From Thalassobaculaceae bacterium (GTDB lineage Bacteria > Pseudomonadota > Alphaproteobacteria > Thalassobaculales > Thalassobaculaceae): a stretch of DNA of 64,000 bases. The notes under the pieces are model-generated. The model made no database searches and had not been told where the DNA came from. It saw only the letters and a list, made by a program, of their open reading frames with translations. Position numbers and translations under genes: made by a program. Numbering within the stretch: the first letter of the stretch is position 1; each line of letters opens with the position of its first letter. Below, piece after piece: positions 39,588 to 48,926 of the stretch. Location of the stretch: contig OZ245843.1 in NCBI GenBank assembly GCA_965228875.1, positions 1,966,616-2,030,615 on the forward strand. The letters run 5' to 3'.

Positions 39588-40771
39588 AAACTCCGCGGCA
39601 GACCGAGTACGTGCTCCGCGACGTAGCTGAGGATCAGATTGGTTGAGATCGGAGCGATTTGGTACAGGCGGGCTTCGCGGAACTTGCGCTCGACGTCGTA
39701 CTCCTCGGCGAAGGCGAAACCGCCATGGGTCTGCATGCAGATCTCGGCGGCATGCCAGGCCGCCTCGGCCGCCAGCATCTTCGACATGTTGGCCTCCGGC
39801 GCGCAGTTCTCGCCGGCCTCGAACTTGCGCGCGCCGGAATCCGCCATCAGCGCCGCCGCCTCGGTCTCGGCATAGGCTTTGGCGATCGGGAACTGGATCG
39901 CCTGGTTCTGGCCGATCGGCCGGCCGAATACCTGGCGCTCCTTGGCGTAGGCCGTCGCCTTGTCGATGAACCAGCGGGCGTCGCCAAGGCTCTCATGGGC
40001 GATCAGCAGCCTCTCGGCGTTCATGCCGTCGAGAATGTAGCGGAACCCCTTGCCCTCGACTCCGATCAGGCTGTCGGCCGGGATCCTCATGTCGTCGAAG
40101 AAAACCTCGGTCGTGTTGTGGTTCACCATGGTGCGGATCGGACGGATGGTGAGCCCGTTGTCCCTGACCTCGCGCATGTCGACCAGGAAGACCGACAGGC
40201 CGTCCGTGCGCTTCTCGACCTGGTCGCGCGGCGTTGTACGGGCCAGCAGCAGCATCAGGTCGGACTGCTCGGCGCGGGAGGTCCAGATCTTCTGGCCGTT
40301 CACCACGTAGTGACTGTTGCCGTCTTTGCGGGCGGTGGTGCGCAGCGACAGCGTGTCGGTGCCGCTTGTCGGCTCGGTCACACCGAAGGCCTGCAGCCGC
40401 AGTTCGCCCGATGCGATCTTCGGCAGATAGGCCTGCTTCTGCTCCTGCGAGCCGTGCCGCAACAGCGTTCCCATGGTGTACATCTGCGCGTGGCAGGCCG
40501 CGCCGTTGCAACCGCAGGAATGGATCGTCTCCAGGATCGCCGCCGCCGCCCGCAGGCCGAGACCGCTGCCGCCGTACTCCTCCGGGATCAGCACCGCCAG
40601 ATAGCCGGCCTCGGTGAGGGCCTGGACGAATTCGCTCGGATAGGCCCGATCGCGATCCTTCTCGCGCCAGTATTCGCCCGGGAACCGCGCGCAGAGGTCG
40701 GCCACCGCGGCCTTGATGTCGGCGATGACGTCTTCGGGCGTGGTCGTGGCGACAGCGGGAGACGCGGACAT
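39584..40771 (-). CDS. Acyl-CoA dehydrogenase
   Basis: PEEYGGSG, FGVTEPTSGTD, NGQKIWTS, RQVFGRPIGQNQ and QTHGGF motifs. Confidence 0.93.
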   Translation of the reverse strand: MSASPAVATTTPEDVIADIKAAVADLCARFPGEYWREKDRDRAYPSEFVQALTEAGYLAVLIPEEYGGSGLGLRAAAAILETIHSCGCNGAACHAQMYTMGTLLRHGSQEQKQAYLPKIASGELRLQAFGVTEPTSGTDTLSLRTTARKDGNSHYVVNGQKIWTSRAEQSDLMLLLARTTPRDQVEKRTDGLSVFLVDMREVRDNGLTIRPIRTMVNHNTTEVFFDDMRIPADSLIGVEGKGFRYILDGMNAERLLIAHESLGDARWFIDKATAYAKERQVFGRPIGQNQAIQFPIAKAYAETEAAALMADSGARKFEAGENCAPEANMSKMLAAEAAWHAAEICMQTHGGFAFAEEYDVERKFREARLYQIAPISTNLILSYVAEHVLGLPRSF

Positions 40772-40825
40772 GCGGGGGGTCCTCCGGGGTTCCTTGTATG
40801 CAATGTGTCTAATGCGTCCCCCGCC

Positions 40826-41746
40826 TCAGGTCGAGCCCTCCGCCGCTGCGCCCCGGCCGCCGTCCCGTTCAGCCGTTTCCACCAGCCAGTCCCGGAACGC
40901 GATCGCCGCGGGATGGACGATCGGATCGGCCGGCACCAGGACACGGAACGGCTCCAGGATCAGGCGCGGGCCGGCGATCGGCGCGACCAGCCGTCCGGCC
41001 GCCAGGTCGTCGGCGACCAGCGCCGCCGGGCCGATCGCCACGCCGAGCCCATTCGCCGCCGCCTCAATCGTGAGCATCAGTCCGTCGAAATGCATCTCCG
41101 CGACCGGTCGGACATGACGCCCCTCGGCCAACGCCAGCCAGTCCGGCCAGAGGCGGGGTATCGAGTTGGCATGCAGCAGCGTGTGGCGCGCCAGATCGGC
41201 GACGGCGCGCAACGGCTCCCGGTCGTGGAGGGACGGGCCGATCACCGGGACACAGGCCTCGGTCAGGAACGGCGTGGACTTGTAACCGGACAGCGCCAGC
41301 GGGAGCCGACGGATCGCCACGTCGAAACCGCCGGGCAACGTCTCCACCGGATCGATCGACCCGTTCAACGCCAGATCGACGCCCGGATGCGCCTCCTGAA
41401 ACGCCGCCGCGCGGGGCATCAGCCAGCGCATCATGAAGGTGTGCGGCGCACTCACCCTCAGGACCGAGCGCCGCCTGCGGTCCAGGTGCCGGGCCGTCGC
41501 CAGGGTAAGCGTCGTGAACGCCTGTCCCACATCGGCAAGGAAGGAGCGGCCATCCTCGGTGAGCGCGATCCGGCTTGCCGATCGGGTGAAGAGCGGCCGG
41601 CCGAGCCACTCCTCCAGGAGCCGCACCTGACGGCTGACCGCGCCGTGGGTCACGCCCAACTCGTCGGCGGCGGCGGCGAGACTGCCGAGCCGGCCGGTGG
41701 CCTCGAACGCCTTCAGAGCGTTCAATGGCGGAAGTGGACGTCGCAT
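40826..41746 (-). CDS. LysR family regulator (GcvA/AmpR-like)
   Basis: LPPLNALKAFE...AAADELGVTHGAVSRQVRLLE. Confidence 0.93.
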   Translation of the reverse strand: MRRPLPPLNALKAFEATGRLGSLAAAADELGVTHGAVSRQVRLLEEWLGRPLFTRSASRIALTEDGRSFLADVGQAFTTLTLATARHLDRRRRSVLRVSAPHTFMMRWLMPRAAAFQEAHPGVDLALNGSIDPVETLPGGFDVAIRRLPLALSGYKSTPFLTEACVPVIGPSLHDREPLRAVADLARHTLLHANSIPRLWPDWLALAEGRHVRPVAEMHFDGLMLTIEAAANGLGVAIGPAALVADDLAAGRLVAPIAGPRLILEPFRVLVPADPIVHPAAIAFRDWLVETAERDGGRGAAAEGST

Positions 41747-41749
41747 AGC

Positions 41750-41764
41750 GTCAGTTTATCTCAT
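41750..41764. promoter_or_regulatory. LysR T-N11-A box (GTCAGTTTATCTCAT) in the divergent promoter
   Basis: Imperfect dyad next to the LysR start codon, typical of GcvA-type divergent promoters. Confidence 0.5.
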
Positions 41765-41840
41765 AGTTCCGCGACGATTACTCGCTTGGATCGCGCGGAC
41801 CGCACGGCCATGGTTGCCCCAGAGACCTTGAGGAAAAGCC

Positions 41841-42371
41841 ATGTCGATAGCAGACCCGTTGACCGACTCTCTGGTGATCCGGCCGATCGAGCCTCAGGAT
41901 TCCTACGAGCGTATGACCGAGATCCTGCATGCGGCCTATGCCCGCCTGGCGGCCATGAACCTGCGCTACAAGGCGGTCGACCAGCCGGTTTCGGTCACGC
42001 GGGAGCGGGCCGAGGCGGGCGAATGCTATGTGGCCGACCTGGACGGTCGGATGATCGGAACCATCACCCTATACCCGCCTGAGGTCCTGGACGTACCGTC
42101 GCCCTGGTACCGGCGTAAGGACGTTGCCGTTCTCAGTCAGTTCGGCGTCGACCCTACCCATCAGGCCCACGGTATCGGTCGCCGCATGGTCGCCGCACTC
42201 GAAGACCGGGCGCGGGCACTGGGAGCCTCGGAGATCGCGCTCGATACAGCGGAACCGGCCACGCATCTGGTCGAATGGTACACCAGGCTCGGATATCGCT
42301 TCGTCGAGCATGCCCAATGGGGACATACCAACTATCGCACGCTGATCTTGAGCAAACGGCTCGGCGGATAG
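41841..42371 (+). CDS. GNAT family N-acetyltransferase
   Basis: FGVDPTHQAHGIG acetyl-CoA motif A; YTRLGY. Confidence 0.9.
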   Translation: MSIADPLTDSLVIRPIEPQDSYERMTEILHAAYARLAAMNLRYKAVDQPVSVTRERAEAGECYVADLDGRMIGTITLYPPEVLDVPSPWYRRKDVAVLSQFGVDPTHQAHGIGRRMVAALEDRARALGASEIALDTAEPATHLVEWYTRLGYRFVEHAQWGHTNYRTLILSKRLGG

Positions 42372-42449
42372 GGCTTCACGCCAGCACAGAAACACGCGAT
42401 GCGAGTATCCATTGACAAATCGCACGACCATCGCGCAACATAGCTGAAC

Positions 42450-42533
42450 GACTGAGGTCCACCCTGGGCTTCCTCCGTCCCTTTGCGGACATGTCGGAAG
42501 AGCCGCGGCCCCCCTACCGCGGCTCTTTTTTTT
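42450..42533 (+). ncRNA. Candidate small RNA, MmgR/suhB (alpha-r8)-like
   Basis: Upstream TTGACA at 42412; CCCTGGGCTTCCTCC anti-SD-like core; internal hairpin; rho-independent terminator with T8; no ORF; 5' end approximate. Confidence 0.5.
42498..42533 (+). terminator. Rho-independent terminator
   Basis: AAGAGCCGCGG-loop-CCGCGGCTCTTTTTTTT. Confidence 0.9.
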
Positions 42534-42660
42534 CGTCCGGTCGGGCGAAGACGGCGCTCTTTTCTCAGATTTCCCGAATACTGAATTCCAATCCAGGCCA
42601 TTTATGCCGTTTTTTCGAACCATATCTTTGCGGGCACGTCCATCGAAGGAGGAGAGCCCG

Positions 42661-43650
42661 ATGAAAGCGATGATTCTCGAGAGCTATGGCGACGCGGCGC
42701 CCTTCAGGCTGGGGAACCTGCCCAGGCCGGAAGCGTCGCCCGGACACGTCGTCGTCCGCGTGGCCGCGACAAGCGTCAACACCGTCGACACCATGATCCG
42801 CCGCATGGGCGCCGATCTGCCGCTCTCCCCCGCCCTGCCGGCGGTGCTCGGAATGGATTTCGCCGGAACCGTCGATGCGGTCGGAGACGGCGTCACAGGC
42901 TTCGCCCCTGGAGACGAGGTCTATGGATGCGCCGGCGGTCTCGCCGACCTGCAGGGGGCGCTTGCGGAATACATGGCGGCCGACGCGCGCTTGATCGCCC
43001 ACAAACCGAAATCCTTGTCGATGCGAGAGGCTGCCGCCCTGCCTTTGGTCGGCATCACCGCCTATGAAGGCCTGCAGCGGGCGGGCGCCAGGACCGGACA
43101 GAAGATTCTGGTTCATGGTGGAGCCGGCGGCGTCGGCCACGTCGCGGATCAACTCGCCCGCCATCTCGGCGCCGAGGTCTACGCGACGGCGAGCGGCGCC
43201 CCCCAGACCAGCCTGGTCGAACGGTTCGGCGCGACAGCGATCGACTACCGCACCGACCCCGTCGCGGATTACGTTGACCGGCACACTGCCGGCGCCGGTT
43301 TCGACGTCGTCTTCGACACGGTGGGCGGCGCCAACATGACGAACTCGTTCGAAGCCGCCGCCCTGAACGGGTCGGTCGCCACAACGGTCGCCCTGGTAGA
43401 CATCGACCTGTCCCCCGCGCATTTCAAGGGACTGTCGCTGCACGTCGTATTCATGCTGATCCCGATGCTGCACGACGTCGGCCGCAGCGCGCATGGGAGC
43501 ATTCTGGCCAGGCTTGCCGAGATCGCGGATGCGGGCGCCCTGAGGCCGCTGCTCGACGCGCCCCGTTTCACCCTGGAAGAGGCCGGCGAGGCACACGACC
43601 GCCTGACCGGCGGCGAGGCCATCGGCAAGGTGGTCATAGAGGTCGGTTGA
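42661..43650 (+). CDS. Zinc-independent MDR / quinone oxidoreductase-like alcohol dehydrogenase family
   Basis: VLGMDFAG, HGGAGGVG and GKVVI motifs; AGGAGGAG RBS. Confidence 0.9.
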   Translation: MKAMILESYGDAAPFRLGNLPRPEASPGHVVVRVAATSVNTVDTMIRRMGADLPLSPALPAVLGMDFAGTVDAVGDGVTGFAPGDEVYGCAGGLADLQGALAEYMAADARLIAHKPKSLSMREAAALPLVGITAYEGLQRAGARTGQKILVHGGAGGVGHVADQLARHLGAEVYATASGAPQTSLVERFGATAIDYRTDPVADYVDRHTAGAGFDVVFDTVGGANMTNSFEAAALNGSVATTVALVDIDLSPAHFKGLSLHVVFMLIPMLHDVGRSAHGSILARLAEIADAGALRPLLDAPRFTLEEAGEAHDRLTGGEAIGKVVIEVG

Positions 43651-43724
43651 GCCGCGCCATCCCGGTCGCGAGACGATCCCCGAGCCAATGGTGGTATAGC
43701 AAGGGACGGTGCCCGGCCACGCGC

Positions 43725-44555
43725 CTACGGCTTCTCGAACACGCCGAGGGCGACGCCCACATGATCGCCGTCGAAATTATGCGCCATGTTGCGCATCTTC
43801 TCGCCGGCGGTCTCACCCATCAGGATGTCGCCCGCCTGCAGCGGTGCCGGGGCTGCGGTCTCGGCCCGCCGACGGGCCTCCTCGCGGCGCTTCAGCGATC
43901 CGGCCCGCGCCGCGTCGGTCAGGTCGCGCAGTTCGACCGTGCGGAAGCCGGCGGCCTCGCACAAGACACGCATCTCGGCCGCCGGGATCAGGTGGCTGAG
44001 TTCCGGGCGCTCCGCCCACGGCGTGGGATAGCGCGGCGACGCACCGGGGCCGAGCACAACGTCATAGAAGCAGAACCGTCCGCCGGACCCGAGCAGGCGG
44101 AACGCCTCGCGGTAGACACCGGCCTTATCCGGAATGTTCATGCAGGCGTGCAGGGTCACCACGATGTCGTACCCGCCCTCGTCCAAGCCGGTCGCCGTGG
44201 CATCCCCCTCGACCACCCGGATCCGGTCGGCCAGCCCGACTCGCGCGTTGATCGCCCGCGCGACCGCGCAAAAGCCCGGCGTCAGGTCGACCGCGGTCAC
44301 CTCCGCGCCTGCCGTGTCGGCGAAGATCCGCGCCGATCCGCCGAGGCCGGCGCCGAGATCGACGACGCGCATGCCCGGCCTCATGCCGGTGGCGGCGATC
44401 ACGTCTTCGGTCCCGTCCTGACCGCGCATGTGCATCTGGTCGATCGTGGAGAAATCCGCACGGGTCGGCGCGTCGATGCCGTGTTCGGCCAGCCGGGCCA
44501 TCAGCCGGTCGAACAGGTCGCGCTGCTCGTAATGGGCGGCGACCGCGTCGCTCAT
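43725..44555 (-). CDS. Class I SAM methyltransferase (sarcosine/dimethylglycine N-methyltransferase-like)
   Basis: DQMHMRG, VDLGAGLGG, HACMNIPDK and YPTPWA motifs. Confidence 0.85.
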   Translation of the reverse strand: MSDAVAAHYEQRDLFDRLMARLAEHGIDAPTRADFSTIDQMHMRGQDGTEDVIAATGMRPGMRVVDLGAGLGGSARIFADTAGAEVTAVDLTPGFCAVARAINARVGLADRIRVVEGDATATGLDEGGYDIVVTLHACMNIPDKAGVYREAFRLLGSGGRFCFYDVVLGPGASPRYPTPWAERPELSHLIPAAEMRVLCEAAGFRTVELRDLTDAARAGSLKRREEARRRAETAAPAPLQAGDILMGETAGEKMRNMAHNFDGDHVGVALGVFEKP

Positions 44556-44568
44556 CTCCGCCTCCCGT

Positions 44569-45558
44569 TCAGCCCCAGAGCGCCGGTTCCGGCGGCATGA
44601 CGGTGCTGCCCTGGTAGACCAGCCCCGGCTGCCGGTCCTCGGCCAGCAGCAGCGGCGCGTCAAGATCGACCACCTCGGCCCCCTGGGCCACGATCACGCC
44701 CGGCGCCATCGCCAGGGAGGTGCCGATCATGCAGCCGATCATCACCCGGAAGCCGCGCCGTTCCGCCTCGGCCTTCAGCCGCAGCGCCTCGGTCAGTCCT
44801 CCGGTCTTGTCGAGCTTAATATTGATCATGTCGTACTTGCCCGCGAGGGCGTCGAGGGTGGCAGTGTCGTGGCAGCTCTCGTCGGCGCACACCACCGTCG
44901 GGCGCGGCGCCCCGACCAGCGCGCCATCGTCGCCGGCGGGCAGCGGTTGCTCGATCATCGACACGCCGAGCGCCGCCAGCTTCGGCGCGATATCGAGATA
45001 GGTCGCGATGTCCCAGGCCTCGTTGGCATCGACGACGAGGTCGACATCGGCTGCGTTCTCGCGGATGCGGGACACCCGGGCGAGGTCCTCGCCGTCGCCG
45101 GTCATCTTCAGTTTCAGGCGCGGCCGGCCGGCATTCTGTTTCGCCGCCTCGCCCATGGCGTCGGGCGTGTCCACCGACAGGGTGTAGACCGTCGTCACCG
45201 GCTGCGGTGCAGCGTCCAGCCCGGCGATCTGCCACGCCGGCAGGCCGCGGGTCTTGGCCTCCAGGTCCCAGAGGGCGCAGTCGACCGCGTTGCGCGCCGC
45301 CCCTGCCGGCAGCAGGTCGAGCAGTCCCTCGCGATCGACGCCGCCGGCCACCGCCGCCGACACGCCCTCGATCTGAGCGATAACGCTGTCGACGGTCTCA
45401 CCGTATCGGGCATAGGGCACGCACTCGCCACGGCCGACGGTCTCCCCTTCTGAAACGGTGACCAGGACGACCTCGGCCTCGGTGCGGGCGCCGCGGGAAA
45501 TGCGGAATACTCCGCGGATCGGCCAGCTCTCGCGGGCCACGGCCAGCATTCGGGACAT
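44569..45558 (-). CDS. Dipeptide epimerase / N-acetyl-D-Glu racemase (DgcA/YcjG-like, enolase superfamily)
   Basis: FRISRG, GECVPY.RYGE, KLK, DANE, EQP, DES, NIKLDKTGG, GCM and DLD motifs. Confidence 0.9.
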   Translation of the reverse strand: MSRMLAVARESWPIRGVFRISRGARTEAEVVLVTVSEGETVGRGECVPYARYGETVDSVIAQIEGVSAAVAGGVDREGLLDLLPAGAARNAVDCALWDLEAKTRGLPAWQIAGLDAAPQPVTTVYTLSVDTPDAMGEAAKQNAGRPRLKLKMTGDGEDLARVSRIRENAADVDLVVDANEAWDIATYLDIAPKLAALGVSMIEQPLPAGDDGALVGAPRPTVVCADESCHDTATLDALAGKYDMINIKLDKTGGLTEALRLKAEAERRGFRVMIGCMIGTSLAMAPGVIVAQGAEVVDLDAPLLLAEDRQPGLVYQGSTVMPPEPALWG

Positions 45559-45579
45559 CGGGTTCTCCAATGGTCGGGG

Positions 45580-46077
45580 TTACTTGACGGTCAGCTTGGC
45601 AATCTGGACGTTCAGGATCAAATCCGGATCGACCAGTTCGCGCAACAGCTTCCAGGCATTGTTGCGGACACGTTGGATGCCGTCATAGCCATTGAGCTGC
45701 TGCGGCGTGAGGCTCGACAGGAAGACGATCATGCCGTCGCGGATCCGCGGCTCCTCCGCCGCGATGGCCTGCACCGCGCCCTCGTTCGGCAACTCGATCG
45801 TGATGCTGAGCAGCAGGAACACCGGATAGCCACGGTTCGACTGCAGGTTCACGACGAACTCGTCGAGGGTGTGGAACACGGAACCCGGCGGGCTCGGCTT
45901 GCTCGGCGGCGGCGCGGTGTTCTCCTTGCGCTCGATCTCCGCCTTCTGTTCGGCCGTCAACTCGGGCTCGGCCTGCTGCAGACCGAAGCCGGGGATCAGT
46001 CCGGCGACGAATGCGCCGGCACCGGCGCCCAGGAGCAGGATCAGCGGCAGCAGGACGAACAGCAGGAGCTTCTTCAT
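45580..46077 (-). CDS. fliL: Flagellar basal body-associated FliL family protein
   Basis: N-terminal TM (KKLLLFVLLPLILLLGAGAG), EFVVNL and PRIRD motifs. Confidence 0.8.
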   Translation of the reverse strand: MKKLLLFVLLPLILLLGAGAGAFVAGLIPGFGLQQAEPELTAEQKAEIERKENTAPPPSKPSPPGSVFHTLDEFVVNLQSNRGYPVFLLLSITIELPNEGAVQAIAAEEPRIRDGMIVFLSSLTPQQLNGYDGIQRVRNNAWKLLRELVDPDLILNVQIAKLTVK

Positions 46078-46192
46078 GGTACCGCGACCCTCGCGCTCGA
46101 CCGGTTCCGCAGGAAATGGGAGTCAAACACTTTCAAATCCTATATAATCACGGATTGCGACGCGACACGAGGACGGATCCGACCCGAACGCC

Positions 46193-46444
46193 ATGGTCAA
46201 GCCTGCCGAAAGCCACTGGAGCAAGTTCGCGCGCGAGCAGCCGGACGTGAGCGAGGCGGACCGGGCACCCGGTGCTGCGGCGAAGGCCGAGTCCTTCATT
46301 ATCGAACTGGCCGACGAGAACCTGCTGCTGAAGATCAAGCGCGACGACGGGCGTGTCGCGGTCGTCGAGCTGACGCCGGAGGTCGCGCTCTATCTGCGGG
46401 AGTACCTGACCAACGCGCTCGCGACCATCGGCATGCCGGACTGA
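46193..46444 (+). CDS. Hypothetical protein
   Basis: ORF with host-like codon bias, GAGGA upstream, TATAAT at 46143. Confidence 0.6.
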   Translation: MVKPAESHWSKFAREQPDVSEADRAPGAAAKAESFIIELADENLLLKIKRDDGRVAVVELTPEVALYLREYLTNALATIGMPD

Positions 46445-46450
46445 CCGCGG

Positions 46451-46837
46451 TCAGCCGAACTCCGGCACCCGTGCGCGACACCAGGCTTCGGCCTCCCGGA
46501 TGCGGGTGAACACTTCGAGCGCGCGGCGATGGTCGGCGTCAAACGCTACGAACAGCCTGACAACCAGTTCCTCAGCCCGAACATTGACCACGACGGCGGA
46601 GGCGCTTCGCGACCCGGCGGGGACGATGGAGTCCCGGACGACCTTGACCTCGCGCATCGTCGCGAGCGTGATCTCCGAATAGTCCACCTCACGCATGTCC
46701 CAGAGCTGAACGGTGGGCGGTACCGCGTCGCGCCAGAGGCGCTCGATCACGCACCCATAATCCTCGACCGAGAACGATCCAGACATCCGGATGCGGACGA
46801 TGCCCGGATCGGGCTCGTAGGCGATGCTGTCGAGCAT
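46451..46837 (-). CDS. Hypothetical protein (SpoIIAA/STAS-like fold possible)
   Basis: G-x-F...LWDMREVD...VF....EAEAW pattern. Confidence 0.6.
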   Translation of the reverse strand: MLDSIAYEPDPGIVRIRMSGSFSVEDYGCVIERLWRDAVPPTVQLWDMREVDYSEITLATMREVKVVRDSIVPAGSRSASAVVVNVRAEELVVRLFVAFDADHRRALEVFTRIREAEAWCRARVPEFG

Positions 46838-46904
46838 TCAGAAACCCATCGGTCGAGCGACGATCGCTGCCGGCCCCGGCCCGCGCGTGCGCCGAGACCG
46901 CCGG

Positions 46905-48695
46905 TCAGCGGCCGACGGCATACCCCTGCATTCCACGGGGATTGGCGCCGGCCTTGAGCATCGGCCCGTCCTTCACCGCGGCGCTGAGCCGGCCCTCCGA
47001 CCAGTCCTCGCCGACCTGTACGTCGTGGCCCCGGCGTTCCAGTTCCCGGACCGTCGCCTCGGAGAACCGTCCCTCGACAACGAGCTTGCCCGGCTTGCGC
47101 CCACGCGGCCAGAACGAGCTCGGGAAATGCTCGCTGTGGAAGGCCGGACAGTCGATCGCTTCCTGGAGGTTCATGCCGTGTTCGACATGGTGCAGGAACA
47201 TGAGGGTCTGCCACTGGTCCTGCTGGTCGCCGCCGGGAGTGCCGAACGCCATGTAGGGCTCGCCGTCGCGCAGGGCGAAGCTCGGCGACAGCGTGGTCCG
47301 GGGACGGCGCTTCGGGCCCAGCGCCGACGGCGAACGCTCGTCCAGCCAGAACATCTGCGCACGGTTGCCCATGCAGAATCCCAGCTCCGGGATCACCGGC
47401 GACGACTGCAGCCAGCCGCCGCTCGGCGTCGCCGAGAACATGTTTCCGTCACGGTCGATCACGTCGATATGGACGGTGTCGCCCTTCATCGCCCCGCTCT
47501 TCGAAACCGTCGGCTCGCCCACCCCCATGCGCTCGAGTTCGCGCGGGTCGAGGGCGACATCGACCCCAAGCGCGGCGTCGATCGAGCCGGCGTAGCCCTC
47601 GATCATCCCCGGTCGCAGATCCATCGACGCCCGGTCGCCGATCAGCGCCCGACGCTCGGCGTTGTAGTCCGGCGAAAGCAGTTGGTCGGTCGGCACGGCG
47701 ACGAAGTCCGGATCGCCGTAGAACGCCTCGCGGTCGGCCATGGCGAGCTTGATCGCCTCGGTGACCGCGTGCACGAAGTCCGGCCCGGTCGGATCCATCT
47801 TCGCCACGCCCATGCCGTCGAGCAGCGCGAGCTGCTGCAGCATGGACGGCCCCTGGCTCCAAGCCCCGCACTTGGCGACGGTGTAGTTACCCCAATCGTA
47901 GGTCAGCGGCTCCTCGTAGTGGGATTCCCATCCCGCCAGATCGTCGGCGGTCAGGAGGCCCAGGTGCCGGCGGCCGGAGACGTCCATCATCGGAGCTGCG
48001 TGGAAATAGGCGTCAATCGCCTCGGCGACCCAGCCGCGGTACCAGATGTCGCGGGCCCGGTCGATCACCGCCTCGCGCGATCCGCCGCCGGCCTCCGCCT
48101 CCCTGACGATGCGGGCATAGGTCTCGCCCATCTTGGGATTCGAGAACAGACTGCCGGGCGCCGGCGGCTCGCCGTTCTTCAGATAGATCGCGGCCGACGT
48201 CGGCCATTCGGTCTCGAACAGCTCCTTCACCGTGTTGATCGTCGCCGCGATCCGCCCCACGGCGGGATACCCGTTGATGGCGTAGTCGATCGCCGGTTCC
48301 AGAACCTCGGCAAGGGTCATGGATCCATGGTCGCGCAACATCCGTAGCCAGCCGTCGAAAGCGCCTGGCACGACGGCGGGAAGGAACCCGCTGCCCGGCA
48401 CCAGGTCGAGGCCGAGGCCACGGATCGTGTCCATGGTCATCGCCGCCGGGCTCGGTCCCTGGGCGCAGAGCGCCTCCAGCTTACCGGTCTTCTTGCTGTA
48501 GAACAGAGCCGGAAGATCGCCGCCCGGACCGTTCAGATGCGGTTCCACAACCTGCAGCGTGAACCCGCAGGTCACGGCGGCGTCGAAGGCGTTCCCGCCA
48601 CGCTCCAGCGCGCGCATGCCGGCGGCCGAGCCGAGCCAGTGGGTGGAGGCGACGACACCGAAGGTGCCACGGATTTCCGGGCGCGTCGTGAACAT
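46905..48695 (-). CDS. Gamma-glutamyltransferase family protein
   Basis: GGNAFDAA, GD-TVH (Thr nucleophile), RPRTTLSP and FGTPGGD motifs. Confidence 0.92.
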   Translation of the reverse strand: MFTTRPEIRGTFGVVASTHWLGSAAGMRALERGGNAFDAAVTCGFTLQVVEPHLNGPGGDLPALFYSKKTGKLEALCAQGPSPAAMTMDTIRGLGLDLVPGSGFLPAVVPGAFDGWLRMLRDHGSMTLAEVLEPAIDYAINGYPAVGRIAATINTVKELFETEWPTSAAIYLKNGEPPAPGSLFSNPKMGETYARIVREAEAGGGSREAVIDRARDIWYRGWVAEAIDAYFHAAPMMDVSGRRHLGLLTADDLAGWESHYEEPLTYDWGNYTVAKCGAWSQGPSMLQQLALLDGMGVAKMDPTGPDFVHAVTEAIKLAMADREAFYGDPDFVAVPTDQLLSPDYNAERRALIGDRASMDLRPGMIEGYAGSIDAALGVDVALDPRELERMGVGEPTVSKSGAMKGDTVHIDVIDRDGNMFSATPSGGWLQSSPVIPELGFCMGNRAQMFWLDERSPSALGPKRRPRTTLSPSFALRDGEPYMAFGTPGGDQQDQWQTLMFLHHVEHGMNLQEAIDCPAFHSEHFPSSFWPRGRKPGKLVVEGRFSEATVRELERRGHDVQVGEDWSEGRLSAAVKDGPMLKAGANPRGMQGYAVGR

Positions 48696-48760
48696 GGCGC
48701 AAACTCTTTGGAACGGTTTTCGCAAGGGATCGGTCGACACTATAGGAGCGCGGGCGATCA

Positions 48761-48897
48761 CCCGGCAAGAACTGCCAGGCAGCCGCCCCCGCTCCGGGCC
48801 GCCGATTAAGAAATGTAAATCTCGTTGCGGAAAAACAATGAGAAGCTTACATTTCACGGTGGTCGAGAACCGACCGGAACCGGCAGCCTTTGCCGGG
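48761..48897. promoter_or_regulatory. Two GGCA-N5-TGCC (ftr/FlbD-like) dyads flanking an AT-rich inverted repeat
   Basis: CCCGGCAAGAACTGCCAG (48761-78); GAAATGTAA...TTACATTTC (48810-55); CCGGCAGCCTTTGCCGGG (48880-97). Confidence 0.5.
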
Positions 48898-48926
48898 TCC
48901 CACGGCACAAACAGGAGTTTTCCGCC

